From positions 17,174,001 through 17,238,000 of the forward strand of contig NC_086108.1 of the NCBI RefSeq assembly GCF_963921235.1: a stretch of DNA of 64,000 nt, written 5' to 3'. Below, piece after piece: positions 12,201-24,200 of this stretch. The translations under genes were made by a program, and so were the position numbers. A model generated the notes under the pieces. It saw nothing but the letters and a program-made list of their open reading frames with translations. It searched no databases and was not told the origin of the DNA. Position 1 is the stretch's first letter; each line of letters starts with the position of its first letter. Source of the DNA: Mobula hypostoma. Its lineage: Eukaryota.

Positions 12201-15200
12201 GCAAAAACAGAAATAATATACATTTTTTAAAAAAGTGAGGTAGTGTTCATGGTTCAATATCCATTTAGAAATCCGATGGCAGAGGGGAAGAAGCTGTTCC
12301 TGTGTGCCTTCAGGATTCCTTACCCCCTTCCTGACAGATAACAATATGAAGAGGGCATGCCCTGGGTTAAGAATGGACATTGCCTTTCTGAGGCACCACT
12401 CCTTGAAGATGTCTTGGACACTATTGAGGCTGGTACCCAACATGGAGATGACTAATTTTACAACTTGTTTCAAATACACAAATTGTCTCTTCACTCTTGA
12501 AAAAGCCCTCCACAAGTTATACCTGTGTAAAACCCCCTAACTTCGTCATTCTCTATTCTCCCCCTTCCCATCATCCAAAAGTTTGAAAACATGTACCACC
12601 AGGCCCATGGACAGCTTCTATTCCACTGTCACACAAATCCCTTGTACACTAAAGATGAACTCTTGATCTTTCAGTCTACCTTGTCATGGTGTTTGTAGTT
12701 TATTTGTAACACTACATTTTTAAATCCGTTTTGTTTTCCATGTATAGTACCTTGAGGTATGTATGGAATAATCCTGTTATCTCAGTACACGAGACAAAAA
12801 TAAACCAATTACAAGAAAATCCACAGGTGCTTGTGGAATCTCAGTTACACATTCTCTATAAGCGATCAAGTCTATAACATTGCTACACTGTATGTTGCCT
12901 TTGAGAATGCCCTCCCTCATCACCATTCAGGGCCCCAGACAGTCCTTCTAGGTGAGGCGACACTTCACCTGTGAGTGGGCTGGGGTGATATACTGCGTCC
13001 GGTGCTCCCGATGTGGCCTTCTATATATTGGCGAGACCCAACACAGACTGGGAGACCGTTTTGCTGAACACCTACGCTCTGTCCGCCAGAGAAAGCAGGA
13101 TCATCCCGTTCCCATTCTGATATGTCTACCCACGGCCTCCTCTACTGTCAAGATGAAGCCACCCTCAGGTTGGAGGAACAACACCTTATATTCCGTCTGG
13201 GTAGCCTCCAACCTGATGGCATGAACATCGACTTCTCTAACTTCCATTAATGCCCCACCTCCCTATCGTACCCCATCTGTTATTTATTTATTATTATTAA
13301 TTTTTTCTCTCTCTCTCTCCTTTTTCTCCCTCTGTCCCTCTCACTATACTCCTTGTCCATCTTCTGAGCTTCCCCCCTCCCCCTTTCTTTCTCCCTAGGC
13401 CTCCTGTCCCACGATCCTCTCATATCCCCCTTGCCAATCAACTTTCCAGCTCTTAGCTCCATCCCTTCCCCCTCCTGTCTTCTCCTATCATTTCGGATCT
13501 CCCCTCCCCCTCCCACTTTCAAATCTCTTACCATCTCTTCTTTCAGTTAGTCCTGATGAAGGGTCTCGGCCCGAAACGTCGACTGCGCTTCTTCCTATGG
13601 ATGCTGTCTGGCCTGCGGCGTTCACCAGCAATTTTTATGTGTGTTGCTTGAAATTCCAGCATCTGCAGATTTCCTGATGTTTACGTTATTTGAGTTACTG
13701 TCTCTTTCCTGTGAATTTGAACCAGTTTGGCCATTCTCCTTTGATCTCTCTCATTAAGAAGATGTTTCCACCCACATAACTGCCATTCACTGTATACATT
13801 TTGTTTTTCACACTATTCTCTGTAAACTCTAGATACGTTGTGGATGCAGGTCAATGGGACTAGCAGAATAATGTTTCGGCACAGACTAGAAGGGCCGAAT
13901 GGCCTGTTTTCTGTGCTGTAGTGTACTATGGTTCTATGGCTGTGCTTGAAAATCCCAGGAGATCAGCAGCTTCTGAGATACTCAAAGCTCCCTGTCTGGC
14001 ACCAACAATCATTTCTCAGTCAAAGTCACTAAGATCACATTTCTACCCCATTCTGATGTTTGGTCTGAACATGTTTGCATGGTTTTCTGCATTGAGTGGC
14101 TGCCATGTGATTTGTTGATTACGTAACAAGCAGGTGTACAGATGAACCCAATAAAGCGGTCGCTAAGTGTAAGTAATGCAACTATATCGCTCAGTGTTTG
14201 TTATAAGTGTCTGAAGCTACAAGCCTGTGTTTTCATAGACTACTGGTACGATGTGCCGTTAATGTACCACTTTCTGCATGTTTCTCAAGGATTTAATAAT
14301 GAATGAGTCAGTGACCAGGCAGGAAACCAACGACTCACATCCTGGTGTCATTTCCTGCCAAGATCCCCTTCACACTTCCTGTTCCATTCTGCAACTTCCT
14401 GCTGCAAATCAAAACCCCTTGTCATATTTGGGTATTTCTAACCAGTTTCCTCCTAAGAGATAAACCGATACAGTATAGTACTCCACTATCAGAAGCCTGA
14501 GCAGTCCCAATAAACTTAAAAATCATCTTTATGAGTTTGCTTCTAGGACACTGATTTAAATGTAACAATTCATGAATGCACCCAGATCATGAGCCCTACA
14601 TAAATTAAAGGAGCTATTTTAGTTGGAGGAGATTGCTTGTCTTGTTCAGCAATAAACAACACTCATGCTAGGATTTTATTTCTGTTTTCTCTTGCCTTTT
14701 CCTGAAGGTACAAACTCCCTAATGAGGAATAGGGTAAAACAACTCCTGTGAAGAGAAATTTAGCATTTTAGATTCTGCTTCATCAGAAATTTAAAATTGA
14801 GAAAATGTGTGTGTTTTAAGTTGGGAAGAGAGCAAGGGTGAAAAGAACATCTGTGATAGCATGAGGACCAATCAGAGCCATCTCCAAAAGGGAAATGGAA
14901 GTCTGTAAATTACAGTTGATCTGTCTGGAGGGACTGTGAAGAGGATGATGAATGGTAGGATCAGAGAGTCAAAAAAAAAACCAACATAACTAGGAGTCAC
15001 TGGGCTAGCAGTGGATTTTAGTTGCTAACTTACCCTTTCAATTGGAGACAGATGTCTGAACCTGTGAGATGCAGATTACAACAGATGTTGGAAATCCAAG
15101 TAAATGTAAATTTTGTAAATACTCAGTAGGTCACATAATATCTATGCAGAGAAAAAAATGATGGATAATCCTATACCAGAACTGGCCAATTCTGCTACAA

Positions 15201-18200
15201 AAAAAGTAAAGCTGGTTATCTGAAATTGCTCAATTTCTTTCTTGGATTTCTAGACCAGACCTTATTTGAGTCTGTATTAATGCTACTTTCTGGTTGCCAG
15301 TTTCTCTCCTGCCCTCACTTTCACATGGTCCAAATCTGACTCTTCCCTTCCTTAATGTCTGTCTCCAATTGAGAGGAGAGGTTAGCAACTACAAGACCAA
15401 TGACTTCCAGTTATCTTGATTACACCGCCTCCCAGGACACCATCCTCGTCATTCAAATTCCTTTGTTATGGTCAGTTGTTCTGATAATCATACTTTCCAT
15501 GCTTGTGCTTATCAGATGCCATCCTCTCATAACTGACAGAGATCTCAATCACACCTTCTCTGTGACACACATTTCTGTCCTCACACCTTCTCTCTACGGC
15601 CAGAAAAAAGACAGGGCTCTCTTCAGCCACTAACCTCTGCATTTAGTGGCTCATCCTTTAATTACTGTTCCCTCAATGACTGTCCACAACCAAACACATC
15701 ACTCCTTCCTCTCCCTTGCCAGCACTTGTAAAACATTGTTTCTTCCACAACCTTTCAGTTCACTATTACATCTCCACCAACTACTCACCCTTTCACAGGC
15801 ATAGGAAACCTTTCCTTTTCACCATCCAGGGACTCAAAAATAGCTCTTCCAAGTGAAGCAACTATTCAGTTGCACTTCAAATTTAGCGTATTGTATTCAA
15901 TTGTTATGATGAGTCTCCCCTGCATTGGAGAATCCAAATGGATTGGGTGACTGCTTTGCTGAACATCTCCATGCAGTCCACAGGGATGACCCCGAGTTTC
16001 CAGTCACCATTTTAAATCTCCCTCACACTGTGGCCTCAACAAAGTCGAAAGCAGGTGCAAAGAACAGCATGTCATCTTCCTTCTTGGCATGCAGCACCCC
16101 GCCAGACTCAATATTGAAATCAACACTTTCTGATAAGCAGCCCTTTCAGTTTGTGTCAGAACCAACCAGCTCTCACGCAAATGCATCCATTTGTAATGCA
16201 TATCTCCACAGATGCAGACTGTTCTGCTTAGTGTTCCCAGCATTCTCCTTTATTTCAGACTTGCAGCATTTTGTTCTGAATAATTTGGACACTTAGACAT
16301 TTTCAATCTCTCATTGCTGCAGTCGGAAGTTCCCACCTGCTTGAAAAGGGCAACAATCATACCAGTGCCGAAGAAGAGCTGGGTGAACTGCTGTAATGAC
16401 TATCATCCAGTAGCACTCACATCTATGGTGATGAAATGCTTTAAGAGGTTGGTCATGGTTAGAATCAACTCCTGTCTCAGTAAGGATCTGACCCACTGCA
16501 ATTTGCCTATCACCACAATAGGTCTATGGCACATGTGATCATAATGGCTCTCCATGCGGTCTTGGATCACCTGGATAATACAAATATCTATATCAGATGC
16601 AGTTTATTGACTACAGTTTAGTGTTTAACACAATCATTCCTACAGTTCTGATCGAAAAGCTCTAGAACCTGGGCCTCTGAACCTCCCTCTGCAATTGGGT
16701 GCTTGGCTTCCTAACCGGAAGACCAAAATCTGTGTGGATGGCAAATAACATCTCCACCTCACCAATATTATCACTGGCGCACCTCAGGGGTATGTGCTTA
16801 GCTCACTACTCTACTCCCTCTATACCCATGACTGTATGGCTAGGCATAGCTCAAATGCCATTTATAAATTTGCTGATGATACCATTGTTGGTAGAATCTC
16901 AGATGGTGACAAGAAGGCATACAGGAGCGAGATATACCAGCTCCTGTATGCCCTCAACATAGTTGTGTTGTAGCAATAACCTTGCACTCAACGTAGCAGA
17001 CCAAAGAGCTGATTGTGGACTTCAGAAAGGGCAAGATGAGGGAACACAAACCAATCCTCATAGAGGGATCAGAAGTGGAGAGAGTGAGCAATTTCAAGTT
17101 CCTGGGTGTCAATATCTCTAAGGACCTAACATATTGATGCAGCTATAAAGAAGGCAAGGCGGCAGCACTCGGAGTTTGAAGAGATTTGGTTGACACTTAA
17201 AACACACATAAACTTCTACAGGTGTAAAATGGAGAGCATTCTGACTGGCCGCATCACCGTCTGGTATGAGGGGCTACTACACAGGACTGAAGTAAGTTGC
17301 AGAAAGTTGTAAACTTAGGCAGCTCCTTCATGGGTACTAATTTCCGGAGTATCCAAAACATCTTCAAGGAGTGGTGCTTCAGGAAGGTGGGATGCATCAT
17401 TAAGGACCCCCACCACCCAGGACATGCCCTCTTCTCATTGTTATCTGTCAAGAAGGGGGTACAGAAGCCTGAAGGCACACACTCAGTGATTCAGGAACAA
17501 CTTCCTCCCCTCTGCCATCCGATTTCTGAATGGACATTGAAACCATGAACACTACCTCACTACCTTTTTTTTTTATTTCTGCTTTTGCACCACTTATCTT
17601 AACTTAACTATTTAATATATTTAATTTACTTACTGTAATTCTGGTTTCTTTTCTATAGCGGAGATCTTAATACCTGTTTATCTCCAGCTTTGGACCGTTC
17701 GGCTCCTTTACGGACTTTACCTAATAAATCTGCAAATTTGATTAATTTTTTCCTTTCTGATTCTGGGTCGACGGACATTTGGCGTTTTCTGCATCCTCAG
17801 GAAAAAGATTTTTCCTTCTTTTCACATGTTCATCATTCCTATTCAAGAATTGATTATTTTTTCATTGATTCTCGTCTCATTCCTTCAGTGATTAAATGTG
17901 ATTATGATTCTATAACCATTTCGGATCATGCTCCACTTAAGCTTTCTATTAAAATTATGGCTAATATACCAAACAATAGACAATGGCATTTTAATTCGCT
18001 GTTGCTTCAGGACTCGGACTTTGTTAATTTTATGAATGAACAGATTGAGCTTTTTTTTACAATTAACCATACAGAAGATATTTCGGTTAACACTCTTTGG
18101 GACACTTTTAAAGCCTATATTCGGGGTCAGATTATTTCGTATTCCGTTGCTTTGAGGAAGAAACAGAAGCAGGAGGAGATGGCAATTGTGGACAAGATTA

Positions 18201-21200
18201 AAGAAATTGATAAGAAATATGTTATGGCTCCTTCTGAGGAGCTATACAAACAAAGAACTGAACTTCAAATGGAACACAGTTTACTACTCTCGTCCTCGAT
18301 TGTAAACCAATTAAAGAAAACAAGAAGTGATTTTTATGTTCACAGTGATAAAATTGGCAAGCTGCTGGCTAATCAATTGAAATCTAATTATGTTAAATCT
18401 CAAATCAATCAGATTTATAACCAAAATGATCGATTGATATTGGATCATGTGGGGATTAATCAAACCTTTTGTGATTTTTATTCTTCTTTATATCAATCAG
18501 AGTCTCCTCGAGATTCTAAATATATGAATGATTTTTTAGATAAGTTAGACTTCCCTCAGATTTCACAGGATATGTCTTCTTTATTAGATACTTCCATTAC
18601 AATGGATGAGATTAAGAATGTTATTTTTTCTATGAATCTGGGGAAAGCTCCTGGCCCTGATGGGTTTACCGTTGAATTTTATAAATGTTTTGCTTCTTTA
18701 TTGATTCCTTGGCTCTATAAGGTTTTTGAGGCTTCTTTGAAACTTGGTAAACTTCCGGAATCTTTTAATAGAGCATCAATTTCTTTAATACTAAAGAAGG
18801 ATAAAGACCCTGCTCAATGTGCATCTTATAGACCAATATCTTTATTAAATGTTGATTCTAAAGTTTTTTCTAAATTATTAGCAAATAGACTAGAAAAAGT
18901 ACTTCCTTCTATTATTTCGGAAGACCAAACGGGTTTTATTAAAGGTCGTTACTCTTTTTATAATATTCGTACATTGTTAAATATCGTTTATACTCCCTCA
19001 CAAAATGTTCCTGAGTGTGTTATTTCTTTAGATGCCGAGAAAGCTTTTGATAGAGTAGAATGGCCTTATTTATTTAAGGTGCTTGAAATGTTTAATTTTA
19101 GCTTGAAATTTATATCCTGGATTTAACTGTTATATCACTCCCCTGTAGCCTCGGTTCGTACTAACTCTTTAAACTTACCTTTTTTTCCTCTCTTTCGTGG
19201 TACTCGACAAGGCTGTCCTCTTAGTCCCCTATTATTTGATATTGCATTAGAACCTCTTGCAATTGCTATTCGAGAATCTTCAAATATTACTGGGATAACT
19301 CGGGGATTAAAGTCCCATAAATTATCACTCTATGCTGATGATTTACTTTTATATATTTCTAATCCTGAGAGATCCATTCCTGCTGTTTTAGAGTTATTAG
19401 CACAATTTGGTCTTTTCTCAGGTTATAAATTAAATCTTAGTAAGAGTGAACTTTTTCCGATTAATAAACATCTTCCCTTATATTATAAATTTCCATTTAA
19501 ATTGATTAATAATTACTTTTCATATCTTGGGATTAAAATTACTTGTAAACATAAAGATTTATTTAAGACTAACTTTTTACCATTAATAGACCATATTACT
19601 CAACTTTCATCTAAATGGTTTCCCTTATATTTAACTTTGATTGGTCGTATTAATGCAGTTAAGATGTTTTTTTTGCCAAAATTTTTATATGTGTTTCAGG
19701 CATTACCAATTTTCATTCCTAAATCTTTTTTTGATAAAGTTGACTCTAAAATTTCTTCATTTATTTGGCAGAATAAGAATCCGAGACTGGGTAAAATACA
19801 TTTACAGAAAGCTAAGAGAGATGGAGGTTTAGCATTACCTAACTTTAGATTTTATTATTGGGCTATTAATATTCGACATATGAAATTTTGGTTACTTGAC
19901 CGGGACATATTATCTATTCCTAAATGGGTAGCATTGGAATTACAATCTGTTCAGGGTTATACACTTGGTTCTATTTTAGGTTCCTCTCTTCCTTTTGATT
20001 CGAAACGCCTTAAGCAGGTCTCTAACCCGATAGTTAAATATGCTTTGCGTATTTGGTTTCAATTCAGAAAATTTTTTGATCTTAATCAATTCGGGTTAGC
20101 GATTCCTATTTTAGGTAACATATTTTTTCCTCCCTCTTTTACGGATCGCGCTTTTCAAACTTGGAAGCCCTCTTCTCATTGTTATCTGTCAAGAAGGGGG
20201 TACAGAAGCCTGAAGGCACACACTCAGTGATTCAGGAACAACTTCCTCCCCTCTGCCATCCGATTTCTGAATGGACATTGAAACCATGAACACTACCTCA
20301 CTACCTTTTTTTTTATTTCTGCTTTTGCACCACTTATCTTAACTTAACTATTTAATATATTTAATTTACTTACTGTAATCCTGGTTTCTTTTCTATACTT
20401 AACTATTGCATTGTACTGCTACCACAAAATTAACAAATTTCCCAAAATATGCCAGTGTATTAAGCTTGATTCTGGAAATCAGTTCCAGCATGTTGTCAAT
20501 GCATTTTTATTCATCACTCTCTACTGCTTGTTCTACACTCTTTCAGACAGATCGACCACAATTTACAAGTACTTCCCTCAACCAATAGCACCAAAAGCAA
20601 TTATCACAGACTATTGTGACCTTCATACTACTAGCCATTCCTTCTGCTCTCTCCACCCTCCTCCTCTTTAGCGTGCTTATTTCCTCATTTTCCCATTATG
20701 ATGAAGGGCCATCGATCGCTGAATCTCTGTTTGAACTATTCATGCCACCCTATTTATATACAGATATTGTTCTATAACCATTATTTCTTCTAAACTTGAC
20801 TTTTTAACCACCTTTCGTGTTGGGCCATCTCATTTGGTACTTAACTATTCTTGTTCCCCCCCCCCGATTCCCAACCTAATGTCACAAGTAACAGCAATGG
20901 AGGAAAAATTAGCAAGAGCATTTCACTGGGGCAGTAACACAAAACTAGACATTGGGACATACAAGGTGCTACTAGGGCAAATGTCCAGAAGTTCAATCAG
21001 TATCGGCTTCCTGTCGAAGGGACTCAGCCCGAAGTGTTGTCAGTACTTTTTTTCCCATAGATGCTGTCTGGCCTGCTGAGTTCCTCCAGCATTTTGTGTG
21101 TGTTGCTTAGTTAAGCAGTTACAGGTGTCCCCTGCTTTCCGAACTTTCGCTTTACGCCACTTCGCTTTTACAAAAGACCTACATTAGTACCTGTTTTCGC

Positions 21201-24200
21201 TAACCGAGAGGATTTTCACTTTTACGAAAAAAGATGCCAGCTTTAAATTTGTGTTTACCCCAAGAAAGACTACCATGACCATGAAGCCTTGCGCGGGCAG
21301 GTGTGTGCACATGCGTGTACGTGCAGATTTTTTTCTATAAATCGGTTTTGGCTCAATCTTCCCGATTCTGCTAAGTGAAACTACACCGTACATACATTAT
21401 TTCTACTTTATATAGGCTGTGTATTTATCATCATTCCTGCTTTTACTATATGTTAGTGTTATTTTAGATTTTATGTGCAATAGCGTGGTATGATTTGGTT
21501 CGTTATTTTTTGGGTCTGGGAATGCTCAAAAATTTTTCCCATATAAATTAATGGTAATTCCTTCTTCACTTTACGCCATTTTGGCTTACGATTTCATAGG
21601 AACTCTCTACCTTCGGAGGGTTTAAACTAGATTTGCAGGGGGATGGGAACCAGAGTGCCAGAGCAGATAGTGGAGCGGGGTGAAAATAAATGATGTTAAA
21701 AGTTCACGCAAAGTCACAAATAGAAGGGTTGTGTGTGGTGGTAATAATCTTCTGAGGTGTGTCTATTTCAATGCAGGAGTATTGTGAGGAAGGCTGACGA
21801 GCTGAGAGTGTGGATTGACACATGGAATTACGACATTATAGCCATTAGTGAAGCTCGGCTACAGGAGGGGCAGGACTGGCAGCTTAATATTCCAGGGTTT
21901 TGATGTTTCAACATGATAGAGGCAGAGGAATGAAGGGTGGCATTGCTAGTCAGGAAAAATGCTACAGCAGTGCTCAGGCAGGACAGATTAGAGGGCTTGT
22001 CTACTGAGGCCATATAGGTGGAGCTGAGATGTATTATAGACCACCCAATAGTCAGTGAGAACTGGAGGAGCAAATCTGCAGAGAGATGGCAGGAAGCATA
22101 AAGTTGTGATAGTAGGGGATTTTAATTTTCCACATATTGATTGGGATTCCCATATTGTTAAAAGTCTAGATGGGTTAGAGTTTGTAAAACGTGTTCAGGA
22201 ATGTTTTCTAAATCAATATATAGAGGTACCAACCGGAAAGGATGCAATATTAGATCTCCTATTAGGAAACGAGTTAGGACAGGTGACGGAAGTGTGTGTA
22301 GGGGAACACTTTAGTTCCAGTGATCATAACACCATTAGTTTCAACTTGATCATGGACAAGGATAGATCTGGTCCTCGGGTTGAGGTTCTAAACTGGAAAA
22401 AGGCCAAATTTGAAGAAATGAGAAAGGATCTAAAAAGCGTGGATTGGGATAGGTTGCTCTCTGGCAAAGATGTGATTGGTAAGTGGGAGGCCTTCAAAGG
22501 AGAAATTTTGAGAGTGCAGAGTTTGTATGTTCCTGTCAGGATTACAGGCAAAGTGAATCAGAATAAGGAGCCTTCGTTTTCAAGGGATATTGGAACTCTG
22601 AAAAGAAGAAAAGAGAGATGTATGACATGTATAGGAAACAGGGAGCAAATAAGGTGCTTGAGGAGTATAAAAAGTGCAAAAAAATACTTAAGAAAGAAAT
22701 CAGGAGGACTAAAAGAAGACAAGAGGTTGCATTGGCAGTCAAGGTGAAGGATAATCCAAAGAGCTTCTACAGGTATATTAAGAAAATAAAGGGGAAGCCT
22801 TTTAGGACCGAGATGAGGAAAAACTTCTTCACACAGAGAGTGGTGAATCTGTGGAATTCTCTGCCACAGGAAACAGTTGAGGCCAGTTCATTGGCTATAT
22901 TTAAGAGGGAATTAAATAAGGCCCTTGTGGCTAAAGGGATCGGGGGTATGGAGAGAAGGCAGGTATAGGGTTCTGAGTTGGATGATCAGCCATGATCGTA
23001 ATGAATGGCGGTGCAGGCTCGAAGGGCCGAAAGGCCTACTTCTGCACCTATTTTCTATCTTTCTATCTAAGAGCAAAAGGATAGTAAGGGATAAAATTGG
23101 TCCTCTTGAAGATCAGACTGATCGGCTATGTATGGAACCAAAAGAAATGGGGAAGATCTTAAATGGTTTTTTTGCGTCTGTATTTACTAAGGAAACTGGC
23201 ATGGAGTCAATGGAAATAAAGCAAACAAGTAGTGAGGTCATGGAACCTATACAGATTGAAGAGGAGGAGGTGCTTGCCATCTTGAGGCAAATCAGAGTAG
23301 GTAAATCCCCAGGACCTGACAGGGTATTCCCTCAGACCTTGAAGGAGACTAGTGTTGAAATTGCAGGGGCCCTGGCAGATGTATTTAAAATGTCAGTATC
23401 TACGGGTGAGGTGCCAGAGGATTGGAGGATAGTTCATGTTGTTCCGTTGTTTAAAAAAGGCTCTAAAAGTAATCCGGGAAATTATAGGCCAGTAAGTTTG
23501 ACGTCGGTAGTAGGTAAATTATTGGAAGGAGTACTAAGAGATAGGCCCTACAAGTATTTGGATAGACAGGGATTTATTAGGGAGAGTCAACATGGCTTTG
23601 TACGTGGTAGGTCATGCTTAACAAATCTATTAGAGTATTTCAAGGAGGTTACCAAGAAAGTGGATGAAGGGAAGGCAGCGGATGTTGTCTACATGGACTT
23701 CAGTAAGGCCTTTGACAAGGTCCTGCATGGGAGGTTAGTTCGGAAGATTCAGTCGCTAGGTATACATGGAGAGGTAGTAAATTGGATTACACATTGGAAG
23801 AAGCCAGAGAGTGGTAATGGAGGATTGCTTCTCTGAATGGAGGCCTGTGACTAGTGGTGTGCCACAGGGATCAGTGCTGGGTCCATTGTTATTTGTCATC
23901 TATATCAATGATCTGGATGATAATGTGGTAAGTTGGATCTGTAAATTTGCTGATGATACAAACATTGGAGGTGTAGTGGACAGTGAGGAAGGTTTTCAAA
24001 GCTTACAGAGGGATTTGGACCAGCTGGAAAAATGGGCTGAAAAATGGCAGATGGAGTTTAATACAGACAAGTGTGAGGTATTGCACTTTGGAAGGACAAA
24101 CCAAAGTAGAATGTACAAGGTAAATGGTAGGGCACTGAGGAGTGCAGTAGGATCTTGGAATACAGATACAAAATTCCCTAAAAGTGGCGTCACAGGTAGA

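Noticed and set aside
12891..13694. Candidate TSD (tatgttgcctttgag / tacgttatttgag) around the Penelope copy
   Set aside because: Too degenerate to call, so not counted among the TSD-bearing copies
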